Below are positions 14,000 through 28,850 of a stretch of 64,000 bases of DNA, one piece after another. This stretch comes from Auanema rhodensis (lineage: Eukaryota > Animalia > Nematoda). The stretch covers positions 23,312,001-23,376,000 of the forward strand of contig OZ059894.1 in assembly GCA_964057225.1 (NCBI GenBank), written 5' to 3'. The translations under genes and the position numbers were made by a program. The notes under the pieces are model-generated. The model did not search any database and was not told the origin of the DNA. It saw nothing but the letters and a program-made list of their open reading frames with translations. How positions within the stretch are numbered: position 1 is the stretch's first letter; every line of letters begins with the position of its first letter.

Positions 14000-16900
14000 A
14001 TGACTTTGAAATTTACGTGAACTTTAATTTATGCTTATTAAATGTACACGTGATGTGCACTTGGTATGTAACTCGCTTCACGTGAAAGATAAAGAGATGC
14101 GGTTCTCAAAATTAGATTCCCCATTTCCATATTAGTTTAAAAACAAATTTTTATTGATATTGGTGCATGGTAACCATGACTTTGAAATTTACGTGAACTT
14201 TAATTTATGCTAATTAAATGTACACGTGATGTGCACTTGGTATGTAACTCGCTTCACGTGAAAGATAAAGAGATGCGGTTTTCAAAATTAGATTCCCCAT
14301 GTTCATATTAGTCTAAAAACAAATTTTTATTGATATTGGTTCATGGTAACCATGACTTTGAAATTTACGTGAACTTTAATTTATGCTAATTAAATGTACA
14401 CGTGATGTGCACTTGGTATGTAACTCGCTTCACGTGGAAGATAAAAAGATGCGGTTTCCAAAATTAGATTCCCCATGTCCATATTAGTCTAAAAACAAGT
14501 TTTTATTGATATTGGTGCATGGTAACCATGACTTTGAAATTTAAGTGAACTTTAATTTATGCTAATTAAATGTACACGTGATGTGCACTTGGTATGTAAC
14601 TCGCTTCACGTGAAAGATAAAGAGATGCGGTTTTCAAAATTAGATTCCCCATGTCCATATTAGTCTAAAAACAAATTTTTATTGATATTGGTGCATCGTA
14701 ACCATGACTTTGAAATTTACGTGAACTTTAATTTATGCTAATTAAATGTACACGTAATGTGCACTTGGTATGTAACTCGCTTCACGTGAAAGATAAAGAG
14801 ATGCGGTTTTCAAAATTAGATTCCCCATGTCCATATTAGTCTAAAAACAAATTTTTATTGATTTTGGTTCATGGTAACCATGACTTTGAAATTTACGTGA
14901 ACTTTAATTTATGCTAATTAAATGTACACGTGATGTGCACTTGGTATGTAACTCGCTTCACGTGAAAGATAAAGAGATGCGGTTTTCAAAATTAGATTCC
15001 CCATGTCCATATTAGTCTAAAAACAAATTTTTATTGATATTGGTTCATGGTAACCATGACTTTGAAATTTACGTGAACTTTAATTTCTGCTAATTAAATG
15101 TACACGTGATGTACACTTGGTATGTAACTCGCTTCACGTGAAAGATAAAGAGATGCGGTTTTCAAAATTAGACTCCTCATGTCCATATTAGTTCAAAAAC
15201 AAATTTTTATTGATATTGGTGCATGGTAACCATGACTTTGAAATTTACGTGAACTTTAATTTATGCTAATTAAATGTACACGTGATGTGCACTTGGTATG
15301 TAACTCGCTTCACGTGAAAGATAAAGAGATGCGGTTTTCAAAATTAGATTCCCCATGTTCATATTAGTCTAAAAACTAATTTTTATTGATATTGGTGCAT
15401 GGTAACCATGACTCTGAAATTTACGTGAACTTTAATTTATGCTAATTAAATGTACACGTGATGTTCACTTGGTATGTAACTCGCTTCACGTGAAAGATAA
15501 AGAGATGCGGTTTTCAAAATTAGATTCCCCATGTCCATATTAGTCTAAAAACAAATTTTTATTGATATTGGTTCATGGTAACCATGACTTTGAAATTTAC
15601 GTGAACTTTAATTTATGCTAATTAAATTTACACGTGATGTGCACTTGGTATGTAACTCGCTTCACGTGAAAGATAAAGAGATGCGGTTTTCAAAATTAGA
15701 TTCCCCATGTCCATATTAGTCTAAAAACAAATTTTTATTGATATTGGTTCATGGTAACCATGACTTTGAAATTTACGTGAACTTTAATTTATGCTAATTA
15801 AATGTACACGTGATGTGCACTTGGTATGTAACTCGCTTCACGTGAAAGATAAAGAGATGCGGTTTTCAAAATTAGATTCCCCATGTCCATATTAGTCTAA
15901 AAACAAATTTTTATTGATATTGGTTCATGGTAATCATGACTTTGAAATTTACGTGAACTTTAATTTATGCTAATTAAATGTACACGTGATGTGCACTTGG
16001 TATGTAACTCGCTTCACGTGAAAGATAAAGAGATGCGGTTTTCAAAATTAGATTCCCCATGTCCATATTAGTCTAAAAACAAATTTTTATTGATATTGGT
16101 TCATGGTAACCATGACTTTGAAACTTACGTGAACTTTAATTTATGCTAATTAAATGTACACGTGATGTGCACTTGGTATGTAACTCGCTTCACGTGAAAG
16201 ATAAAGAGATGCAGTTTTCAAAATTAGATTCCCCATGTCCATATTAGTCTAAAAACAAATTTTTATTGATATTGGTTCATGGTAACCATGTCTTTGAAAA
16301 TTACGTGAACTTTAATTTATGCTAATTAAATGTACACGTGATGTGCACTTGGTATGTAACTCGCTTCACGTGAAAGATAGAGAGATGCGGTTTTCAAAAT
16401 TAGATTCCCCATGTCCATATTAGTCTAAAAACAAATTTTTATTGATATTGGTTCATGGTAACCATGACTTTGAAATTTACGTGAACTTTAATTTATGCTA
16501 ATTAAATGTACACGTGATGTGCACTTGGTATGTAACTCGCTTCACGTGAAAGATAAAGAGATGCGGTTTTCAAAATTAGATTCCCCATGTTCATATTAGT
16601 CTAAAAACAAATTTTTATTGATATTGGTGCATGGTAACCATGACTCTGAAATTTACGTGAACTTTAATTTATGCTAATTAAATGTACACGTGATGTGCAC
16701 TTGGTATGTAACTCGCTTCACGTGAAAGATAGAGAGATGCGGTTTTCAAAATTAGATTCCCCATGTCCATATTAGTCTAAAAACAAATTTTTATTGATAT
16801 TGGTGCATGGTAACCATGACTTTGAAATTTACGTGAACTTTAATTTATGCTAATTAAATGTACACGTGATGTGCACTTGGTATGTAACTCGCTTCACGTG

Positions 16901-19900
16901 AAAGATAAAGAGATGCGGTTTTCAAAATTAGATTCCCCATGTTCATATTAGTCTAAAAACAAATTTTTATTGATATTAGTGCATGGTAACCATGACTCTG
17001 AAATTTACGTGAACTTTAATTTATGCTAATTAAATGTACACGTGATGTTCACTTGGTATGTAACTCGCTTCACGTGAAAGATAAAGAGATGCGGTTTTCA
17101 AAATTAGATTCCCCATGTCCATATTAGTCTAAAAACAAGTTTTTATTGATATTGGTGCATGGTAACCATGACTTTGAAATTTACGTGAACTTTAATTTAT
17201 GCTTATTAAATGTACACGTGATGTGCACTTGGTATGTAACTCGCTTCACGTGAAAGATAAAGAGATGCGGTTCTCAAAATTAGATTCCCCATTTCCATAT
17301 TAGTTTAAAAACAAATTTTTATTGATATTGGTGCATGGTAACCATGACTTTGAAATTTACGTGAACTTTAATTTATGCTAATTAAATGTACACGTGATGT
17401 GCACTTGGTATGTAACTCGCTTCACGTGAAAGATAAAGAGATGCGGTTTTCAAAATTAGATTCCCCATGTTCATATTAGTCTAAAAACAAATTGTTATTG
17501 ATATTGGTTCATGGTAACCATGACTTTGAAATTTACGTGAACTTTAATTTATGCTAATTAAATGTACACGTGATGTGCACTTGGTATGTAACTCGCTTCA
17601 CGTGGAAGATAAAAAGATGCGGTTTCCAAAATTAGATTCCCCATGTCCATATTAGTCTAAAAACAAGTTTTTATTGATATTGGTGCATGGTAACCATGAC
17701 TTTGAAATTTAAGTGAACTTTAATTTATGCTAATTAAATGTACACGTGATGTGCACTTGGTATGTAACTCGCTTCACGTGAAAGATAAAGAGATGCGGTT
17801 TTCAAAATTAGATTCCCCATGTCCATATTAGTCTAAAAACAAATTTTTATTGATATTGGTGCATCGTAACCATGACTTTGAAATTTACGTGAACTTTAAT
17901 TTATGCTAATTAAATGTACACGTAATGTGCACTTGGTATGTAACTCGCTTCACGTGAAAGATAAAGAGATGCGGTTTTCAAAATTAGATTCCCCATGTCC
18001 ATATTAGTCTAAAAACAAATTTTTATTGATTTTGGTTCATGGTAACCATGACTTTGAAATTTACGTGAACTTTAATTTATGCTAATTAAATGTACACGTG
18101 ATGTGCACTTGGTATGTAACTCGCTTCACGTGAAAGATAAAGAGATGCGGTTTTCAAAATTAGATTCCCCATGTCCATATTAGTCTAAAAACAAATTTTT
18201 ATTGATATTGGTTCATGGTAACCATGACTTTGAAATTTACGTGAACTTTAATTTCTGCTAATTAAATGTACACGTGATGTACACTTGGTATGTAACTCGC
18301 TTCACGTGAAAGATAAAGAGATGCGGTTTTCAAAATTAGACTCCTCATGTCCATATTAGTTCAAAAACAAATTTTTATTGATATTGGTGCATGGTAACCA
18401 TGACTTTGAAATTTACGTGAACTTTAATTTATGCTAATTAAATGTACACGTGATGTGCACTTGGTATGTAACTCGCTTCACGTGAAAGATAAAGAGATGC
18501 GGTTTTCAAAATTAGATTCCCCATGTTCATATTAGTCTAAAAACTAATTTTTATTGATATTGGTGCATGGTAACCATGACTCTGAAATTTACGTGAACTT
18601 TAATTTATGCTAATTAAATGTACACGTGATGTTCACTTGGTATGTAACTCGCTTCACGTGAAAGATAAAGAGATGCGGTTTTCAAAATTAGATTCCCCAT
18701 GTCCATATTAGTCTAAAAACAAATTTTTATTGATATTGGTTCATGGTAACCATGACTTTGAAATTTACGTGAACTTTAATTTATGCTAATTAAATTTACA
18801 CGTGATGTGCACTTGGTATGTAACTCGCTTCACGTGAAAGATAGAGAGATGCGGTTTTCAAAATTAGATTCCCCATGTCCATATTAGTCTAAAAACAAAT
18901 TTTTATTGATATTGGTTCATGGTAACCATGACTTTGAAATTTACGTGAACTTTAATTTATGCTAATTAAATGTACACGTGATGTGCACTTGGTATGTAAC
19001 TCGCTTCACGTGAAAGATAAAGAGATGCGGTTTTCAAAATTAGATTCCCCATGTTCATATTAGTCTAAAAACAAATTTTTATTGATATTGGTGCATGGTA
19101 ACCATGACTCTGAAATTTACGTGAACTTTAATTTATGCTAATTAAATGTACACGTGATGTGCACTTGGTATGTAACTCGCTTCACGTGAAAGATAAAGAG
19201 ATGCGGTTTTCAAAATTAGATTCCCCATGTTCATATTAGTCTAAAAACAAATTTTTATTGATATTGGTTCATGGTAACCATGACTTTGAAATTTACGTGA
19301 ACTTTAATTTATGCTAATTAAATGTACACGTGATGTGCACTTGGTATGTAACTCGCTTCACGTGGAAGATAAAAAGATGAGGTTTCCAAAATTAGATTCC
19401 CCATGTCCATATTAGTCTAAAAACAAATTTTTATTGATTTTGGTTCATGGTAACCATGACTTTGAAATTTACGTGAACTTTAATTTATGCTAATTAAATG
19501 TACACGTGATGTGCACTTGGTATGTAACTCGCTTCACGTGAAAGATAAAGAGATGCGGTTTTCAAAATTAGATTCCCCATGTCCATATTAGTCTAAAAAC
19601 AAATTTTTATTGATATTGGTTCATGGTAACCATGACTTTGAAATTTACGTGAACTTTAATTTCTGCTAATTAAATGTACACGTGATGTACACTTGGTATG
19701 TAACTCGCTTCACGTGAAAGATAAAGAGATGCGGTTTTCAAAATTAGACTCCTCATGTCCATATTAGTTCAAAAACAAATTTTTATTGATATTGGTGCAT
19801 GGTAACCATGACTTTGAAATTTACGTGAACTTTAATTTATGCTAATTAAATGTACACGTGATGTGCACTTGGTATGTAACTCGCTTCACGTGAAAGATAA

Positions 19901-22900
19901 AGAGATGCGGTTTTCAAAATTAGATTCCCCATGTTCATATTAGTCTAAAAACTAATTTTTATTGATATTGGTGCATGGTAACCATGACTCTGAAATTTAC
20001 GTGAACTTTAATTTATGCTAATTAAATGTACACGTGATGTTCACTTGGTATGTAACTCGCTTCACGTGAAAGATAAAGAGATGCGGTTTTCAAAATTAGA
20101 TTCCCCATGTCCATATTAGTCTAAAAACAAATTTTTATTGATATTGGTTCATGGTAACCATGACTTTGAAATTTACGTGAACTTTAATTTATGCTAATTA
20201 AATTTACACGTGATGTGCACTTGGTATGTAACTCGCTTCACGTGAAAGATAGAGAGATGCGGTTTTCAAAATTAGATTCCCCATGTCCATATTAGTCTAA
20301 AAACAAATTTTTATTGATATTGGTTCATGGTAACCATGACTTTGAAATTTACGTGAACTTTAATTTATGCTAATTAAATGTACACGTGATGTGCACTTGG
20401 TATGTAACTCGCTTCACGTGAAAGATAAAGAGATGCGGTTTTCAAAATTAGATTCCCCATGTTCATATTAGTCTAAAAACAAATTTTTATTGATATTGGT
20501 GCATGGTAACCATGACTCTGAAATTTACGTGAACTTTAATTTATGCTAATTAAATGTACACGTGATGTGCACTTGGTATGTAACTCGCTTCACGTGAAAG
20601 ATAAAGAGATGCGGTTTTCAAAATTAGATTCCCCATGTTCATATTAGTCTAAAAACAAATTTTTATTGATATTGGTTCATGGTAACCATGACTTTGAAAT
20701 TTACGTGAACTTTAATTTATGCTAATTAAATGTACACGTGATGTGCACTTGGTATGTAACTCGCTTCACGTGGAAGATAAAAAGATGAGGTTTCCAAAAT
20801 TAGATTCCCCATGTCCATATTAGTCTAAAAACAAGTTTTTATTGATATTGGTGCATGGTAACCATGACTTTGAAATTTAAGTGAACTTTAATTTATGCTA
20901 ATTAAATGTACACGTGATGTGCACTTGGTATGTAACTCGCTTCACGTGAAAGATAAAGAGATGCGGTTTTCAAAATTAGATTCCCCATGTCCATATTAGT
21001 CTAAAAACAAATTTTTATTGATATTGGTGCATCGTAACCATGACTTTGAAATTTACGTGAACTTTAATTTATGCTAATTAAATGTACACGTAATGTGCAC
21101 TTGGTATGTAACTCGCTTCACGTGAAAGATAAAGAGATGCGGTTTTCAAAATTAGATTCCCAATGTCCATATTAGTCTAAAAACACATTTTTATTGATTT
21201 TGGTTCATGGTAACCATGACTTTGAAATTTACGTGAACTTTAATTTATGCTAATTAAATGTACACGTGATGTGCACTTGGTATGTAACTCGCTTCACGTG
21301 AAAGATAAAGAGATGCGGTTTTCAAAATTAGATTCCCCATGTCCATATTAGTCTAAAAACAAATTTTTATTGATATTGGTTCATGGTAACCATGACTTTG
21401 AAATTTACGTGAACTTTAATTTCTGCTAATTAAATGTACACGTGATGTACACTTGGTATGTAACTCGCTTCACGTGAAAGATAAAGAGATGCGGTTTTCA
21501 AAATTAGACTCCTCATGTCCATATTAGTTCAAAAACAAATTTTTATTGATATTGGTGCATGGTAACCATGACTTTGAAATTTACGTGAACTTTAATTTAT
21601 GCTAATTAAATGTACACGTGATGTGCACTTGGTATGTAACTCGCTTCACGTGAAAGATAAAGAGATGCGGTTTTCAAAATTAGATTCCCCATGTTCATAT
21701 TAGTCTAAAAACTAATTTTTATTGATATTGGTGCATGGTAACCATGACTCTGAAATTTACGTGAACTTTAATTTATGCTAATTAAATGTACACGTGATGT
21801 TCACTTGGTATGTAACTCGCTTCACGTGAAAGATAAAGAGATGCGGTTTTCAAAATTAGATTCCCCATGTCCATATTAGTCTAAAAACAAATTTTTATTG
21901 ATATTGGTTCATGGTAACCATGACTTTGAAATTTACGTGAACTTTAATTTATGCTAATTAAATTTACACGTGATGTGCACTTGGTATGTAACTCGCTTCA
22001 CGTGAAAGATAAAGAGATGCGGTTTTCAAAATTAGATTCCCCATGTCCATATTAGTCTAAAAACAAATTTTTATTGATATTGGTTCATGGTAACCATGAC
22101 TTTGAAATTTACGTGAACTTTAATTTATGCTAATTAAATGTACACGTGATGTGCACTTGGTATGTAACTCGCTTCACGTGAAAGATAAAGAGATGCGGTT
22201 TTCAAAATTAGATTCCCCATGTCCATATTAGTCTAAAAACAAATTTTTATTGATATTGGTTCATGGTAATCATGACTTTGAAATTTACGTGAACTTTAAT
22301 TTATGCTAATTAAATGTACACGTGATGTGCACTTGGTATGTAACTCGCTTCACGTGAAAGATAAAGAGATGCGGTTTTCAAAATTAGATTCCCCATGTCC
22401 ATATTAGTCTAAAAACAAATTTTTATTGATATTGGTTAATGGTAACCATGACTTTGAAACTTACGTGAACTTTAATTTATGCTAATTAAATGTACACGTG
22501 ATGTGCACTTGGTATGTAACTCGCTTCACGTGAAAGATAAAGAGATGCAGTTTTCAAAATTAGATTCCCCATGTCCATATTAGTCTAAAAACAAATTTTT
22601 ATTGATATTGGTTCATGGTAACCATGTCTTTGAAAATTACGTGAACTTTAATTTATGCTAATTAAATGTACACGTGATGTGCACTTGGTATGTAACTCGC
22701 TTCACGTGAAAGATAGAGAGATGCGGTTTTCAAAATTAGATTCCCCATGTCCATATTAGTCTAAAAACAAATTTTTATTGATATTGGTTCATGGTAACCA
22801 TGACTTTGAAATTTACGTGAACTTTAATTTATGCTAATTAAATGTACACGTGATGTGCACTTGGTATGTAACTCGCTTCACGTGAAAGATAAAGAGATGC

Positions 22901-23450
22901 GGTTTTCAAAATTAGATTCCCCATGTTCATATTAGTCTAAAAACAAATTTTTATTGATATTGGTGCATGGTAACCATGACTCTGAAATTTACGTGAACTT
23001 TAATTTATGCTAATTAAATGTACACGTGATGTGCACTTGGTATGTAACTCGCTTCACGTGAAAGATAGAGAGATGCGGTTTTCAAAATTAGATTCCCCAT
23101 GTCCATATTAGTCTAAAAACAAATTTTTATTGATATTGGTGCATGGTAACCATGACTTTGAAATTTACGTGAACTTTAATTTATGCTAATTAAATGTACA
23201 CGTGATGTGCACTTGGTATGTAACTCGCTTCACGTGAAAGATAAAGAGATGCGGTTTTCAAAATTAGATTCCCCATGTTCATATTAGTCTAAAAACAAAT
23301 TTTTATTGATATTGGTGCATGGTAACCATGACTCTGAAATTTACGTGAACTTTAATTTATGCTAATTAAATGTACACGTGATGTTCACTTGGTATGTAAC
23401 TCGCTTCACGTGAAAGATAAAGAGATGCGGTTTTCAAAATTAGATTCCCC
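14000..23450 (+). repeat. Higher-order block with 18/36-monomer offsets and a nested 8+10 rearrangement (approximate bounds)
   Basis: CACGTAATG at 14756, 17924, 21092 (3168-bp steps). ATTTCTGC at 15087, 18255, 19663, 21423. TAATCATG at 15934 and 22270, and GCAGTT at 16213 and 22549 (6336 = 36x176). Confidence 0.85.
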
Positions 23451-26400
23451 ATGTTCATATTAGTCTAAAAACAAATTTTTATTGATATTGGTGCATGGTA
23501 ACCATGACTCTGAAATTTACGTGAACTTTAATTTATGCTAATTAAATGTACACGTGATGTTCACTTGGTATGTAACTCGCTTCACGTGAAAGATAAAGAG
23601 ATGCGGTTTTCAAAATTAGATTCCCCATGTTCATATTAGTCTAAAAACAAATTTTTATTGATATTGGTGCATGGTAACCATGACTCTGAAATTTACGTGA
23701 ACTTTAATTTATGCTAATTAAATGTACACGTGATGTTCACTTGGTATGTAACTCGCTTCACGTGAAAGATAAAGAGATGCGGTTTTCAAAATTAGATTCC
23801 CCATGTCCATATTAGTCTAAAAACAAATTTTTATTGATATTGGTTCATGGTAACCATGACTTTGAAATTTACGTGAACTTTAATTTATGCTAATTAAATG
23901 TACACGTGATGTGCACTTGGTATGTAACTCGCTTCACGTGAAAGATAAAGAGATGCGGTTTTCAAAATTAGATTCCCCATGTCCATATTAGTCTAAAAAC
24001 AAATTTTTATTGATATTGGTTCATGGTAACCATGACTTTGAAATTTACGTGAACTTTAATTTATGCTAATTAAATGTACACGTGATGTGCACTTGGTATG
24101 TAACTCGCTTCACGTGAAAGATAAAGAGATGCGGTTTTCAAAATTAGATTCCCCATGTCCATATTAGTCTAAAAACAAATTTTTATTGATATTGGTTCAT
24201 GGTAATCATGACTTTGAAATTTACGTGAACTTTAATTTATGCTAATTAAATGTACACGTGATGTGCACTTGGTATGTAACTCGCTTCACGTGAAAGATAA
24301 AGAGATGCGGTTTTCAAAATTAGATTCCCCATGTCCATATTAGTCTAAAAACAAATTTTTATTGATATTGGTTCATGGTAACCATGTCTTTGAAATTTAC
24401 GTGAACTTTAATTTATGCTAATTAAATGTACACGTTATGTGCACTTGGTATGTAACTCGCTTCACGTGAAAGATAAAGAGATGCGGTTTTCAAAATTAGA
24501 TTCCCCATGTCCATATTAGTCTAAAAACAAATTTTTATTGATATTGGTGCATGGTAACCATGACTTTGAAATTTACGTGAACTTTAATTTATGCTAATTA
24601 AATGTACACGTGATGTGCACTTGGTATGTAACTCGCTTCACGTGAAAGATAAAGAGATGCGGTTTTCAAAATTAGATTCCCCATGTCCATATTAGTCTAA
24701 AAACAAATTTTTATTGATATTGGTGCATGGTAACCATGACTTTGAAATTTACGTGAACTTTAATTTATGCTAATTAAATGTACACGTGATGTGCACTTGG
24801 TATGTAACTCGCTTCACGTGAAAGATAAAGAGATGCGGTTTTCGAAATTAGATTCCCCATGTCCATATTAGTCTAAAAACAAATTTTTATTGATATTGGT
24901 GCATGGTAACCATGACTTTGAAATTTACGTGAACTTTAATTTATGCTAATTAAATGTACACGTGATGTGCACTTGGTATGTAACTCGCTTCACGTGAAAG
25001 ATAAAAAGATGCGGTTTCCAAAATTAGATTCCCCATGTCCATATCAGTCTAAAAACAAATTTTTATTGATATTGGTGCATGGTAACCATGACTTTGAAAT
25101 TTACGTGAACTTTAATTTATGCTAATTAAATGTACACGTGATGTGCACTTGGTATGTAACTCGCTTCACGTGAAAGATAAAGAGATGCGGTTTTCAAAAT
25201 TAGATTCCCCATGTCCATATTAGTCTAAAAACAAATTTTTATTGATATTAGTGCATGGTAACCATGACTTTGGAATTTACGTGAACTTTAATTTATGCTA
25301 ATTAAATGTACACGTGATGTGCACTTGGTATGTAACTCGCTTCACGTGAAAGATAAAGAGATGCGGTTTTCAAAATTAGATTCCCCATGTCCATATTAGT
25401 CTAAAAACAAATTTTTATTGATATTGGTTCATGGTAACCATGACTTTGAAATTTACGTGAACTTTAATTTATGCTAATTAAATGTACACGTGATGTGCAC
25501 TTGGTATGTAACTCGCTTCACGTGAAAGATAAAGAGATGCGGTTTTCAAAATTAGATTCCCCATGTCCATATTAGTCTAAAAACAAATTTTTATTGATAT
25601 TGGTTCATGGTAACCATGACTTTGAAATTTACGTGAACTTTAATTTATGCTAATTAAATGTACACGTGATGTGCACTTGGTATGTAACTCGCTTCACGTG
25701 AAAGATAAAGAGATGCGGTTTTCAAAATTAGATTCCTCATGTCCATAGTAGTCTAAAAACAAATTTTTATTGGTATTGGTTCATGGTAACCATGACTTTG
25801 AAATTTACGTGAACTTTAATTTATGCTAATTAAATGTACACGTGATGTGCACTTGGTATGTAACTCGCTTCAAGTGAAAGATAAAGAGATGCGGTTTTCA
25901 AAATTAGATTCCTCATGTCCATATTAGTCTAAAAACGAATTTTTATTGATATTGGTGCATGGTAACCATGACTTTGAAAATTACGTGAACTTTAGTTTAT
26001 GCTAATTAAATGTACACGTGATGTGCACTTGGTATGTAACTCGCTTCACGTGAAAGATAAATAGATGCGGTTTCCAAAATTAGATTCCCCATGTCCATTT
26101 TAGTCTAAAAACAAATTTTTATTGATATTGGTTCATGGTAACCATGACTTTGAAATTTACGTGAACTTTAATTTATGCTAATTGAATGTACACGTGATGT
26201 GCACTTGGTATGTAACTCGCTTCACGTGTAAGATAAAGAGATGCGGTTTTCAAAATTAGATTCCCCATGTCCATATTAGTTTAAAAACAAATTTTTATTG
26301 ATATTGGTGCATGGTAACCATGACTTTGAAATTTACGTGAACTTTAATTTATGCTAATTAAATGTACACGTGATGGGCACTTGGTATGTAACTCGCTTCA

Positions 26401-27439
26401 CGTGAAAGATAAAGAGATGCGGTTTTCAAAATTAGATTCCCCATGTCCATATTAGTCTAAAAACAAATTTTTATTGATATTGGTTGATGGTAACCATGTC
26501 TTTGAAATTTACGTGAACTTTAATTTATGCTAATTAAATGTACACGTGATGTGCACTTGGTATGTAACTCGCTTCACGTGGAAGATAAAGAGATGCGGTT
26601 TTCAAAATTAGATTCCCCATGTCCATATTAGACTAAAAACAAATTTTTATTGATATTGGTTCATGGTAACCATGACTTTGAAACTTACGTGAACTTTAAT
26701 TTATGCTAATTAAATGTACACGTGATGTGCACTTGGTATGTAACTCGCTTCACGTGAAAGATAAAGAGATGCGGTTTTCAAAATTAGACTCCTCATGTCC
26801 ATATTAGTTTAAAAACAAATTTTTATTGATATTGGTGCATGGTAACCATGACTTTGAAATTTACGTGAACTTTAATTCATGCTAATTAAATGTACACGTG
26901 ATGTGCACTTGGTATGTAACTCGCTTCACGTGAAAGATAAAGAGATGCGGTTTTCAAAATTAGATTCCCCATGTCCATATTAGTCTAAAAACAAATTTTT
27001 ATTGATATTGGTTCATGGTAACCATGACTTTGAAACTTACGTGAACTTTAATTTATGCTAATTAAATGTACACTTGATGTGCCCTTGGTATGTAACTCGC
27101 TTCACGTGAAAGATAAAGAGATGCGGTTTTCAAAATTAGATTCCCCATGTCCATATTAGTCTAAAAACAAATTTTTATTGATATTGGTGCATGGTAACCA
27201 TGACTTTGAAATTTACGTGAACTTTAATTTATGCTAATTAAATGTACACGTGATGTGCACTTGGTATGTAACTCGCTTCACGTGAAAGATAAAGAGATGC
27301 GGTTTTCAAAGTTAGATTTCCCATGTCCATATTAGTCTAAAAACAAATTTTTATTGATATTGGTTCATGGTAACCATGACTTTGAAATTTACGTGAACTT
27401 TAATTTATGCTAATTAAATGTACACGTGATGTGCACTTG

Positions 27440-28850
27440 GTATGTAACTCGCTTCACGTGAAAGATAAAGAGATGCGGTTTTCAAAATTAGATTCCCCAT
27501 GTCCATATTAGTTTAAAAACAAATTTTTATTGATATTGGTTGATGGTAACCATGTCTTTGAAATTTACGTGAACTTTAATTTATGCTAATTAAATGTACA
27601 CGTGATGTGCACTTGGTATGTAACTCGCTTCACGTGAAAGATAAACAGATGCGGTTTTCAAAATTAGATTCCCCATGTCCATATTAGTCTAAAAACAAAT
27701 TTTTATTGATATTGGTGCATGGTAACCATGACTTTGAAATTTACGTGAACTTTAATTTATGCTAATTAAATGTACACGTGATGTGCACTTGGTATGTAAC
27801 TCGCTTCACGTGAAAGATAAAGAGATGCGGTTTTCAAAATTAGATTCCCCATGTCCATATTAGTCTAAAAACAAATTTTTATTGATATTGGTTCATGGTA
27901 ACCATGTCTTTGAAATTTACGTGAACTTTAATTTATGCTAATTAAATGTACACGTGATGTGCACTTGGTATGTAACTCGCTTCACGTGAAAGATAAAGAG
28001 ATGCGGTTTTCAAAATTAGATTCCCCATGTCCATATTGGTCCAAAAACAAATTTTTATTGATATTGGTTCATGGTAACCATGACTTTGAAATTTAAGTGA
28101 ACTTTAATTTATGCTAATTAAATGTACACGTGATGTGCACTTGGTATGTAACTCGCTTCACGTGAAAGATAAAGAGATGCGGTTTTCAAAATTAGATTCC
28201 CCATGTCCATATTAGTTTAAAAACAAATTTTTATTGATATTGGTTGATGGTAACCATGTCTTTGAAATTTACGTGAACTTTAATTTATGCTAATTAAATG
28301 TACACGTGATGTGCACTTGGTATGTAACTCGCTTCACGTGAAAGATAAACAGATGCGGTTTTCAAAATTAGATTCCCCATGTCCATATTAGTCTAAAAAC
28401 AAATTTTTATTGATATTGGTGCATGGTAACCATGACTTTGAAATTTACGTGAACTTTAATTTATGCTAATTAAATGTACACGTGATGTGAACTTGGTATG
28501 TAACTCGCTTCACGTGAAAGATAAAGAGATGCGGTTTTCAAAATTAGATTCCCCATGTCCATATTAGTCTAAAAACAAATTTTTATTGATATTGGTTCAT
28601 GGTAACCATGTCTTTGAAATTTACGTGAACTTTAATTTATGCTAATTAAATGTACACGTGATGTGCACTTGGTATGTAACTCGCTTCACGTGAAAGATAA
28701 AGAGATGCGGTTTTCAAAATTAGATTCCCCATGTCCATATTGGTCCAAAAACAAATTTTTATTGATATTGGTTCATGGTAACCATGACTTTGAAATTTAA
28801 GTGAACTTTAATTTATGCTAATTAAATGTACACGTGATGTGCACTTGGTA
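27440..28850 (+). repeat. Tandem 4-monomer (704 bp) duplication
   Basis: AAACAGAT at 27646 and 28350; TATTGGTCC at 28038 and 28742. Confidence 0.85.

Noticed and set aside
24943-25125. 60-aa ORF variant
   Set aside because: A singleton TAG-to-CAG change in a satellite monomer; chance open frame.
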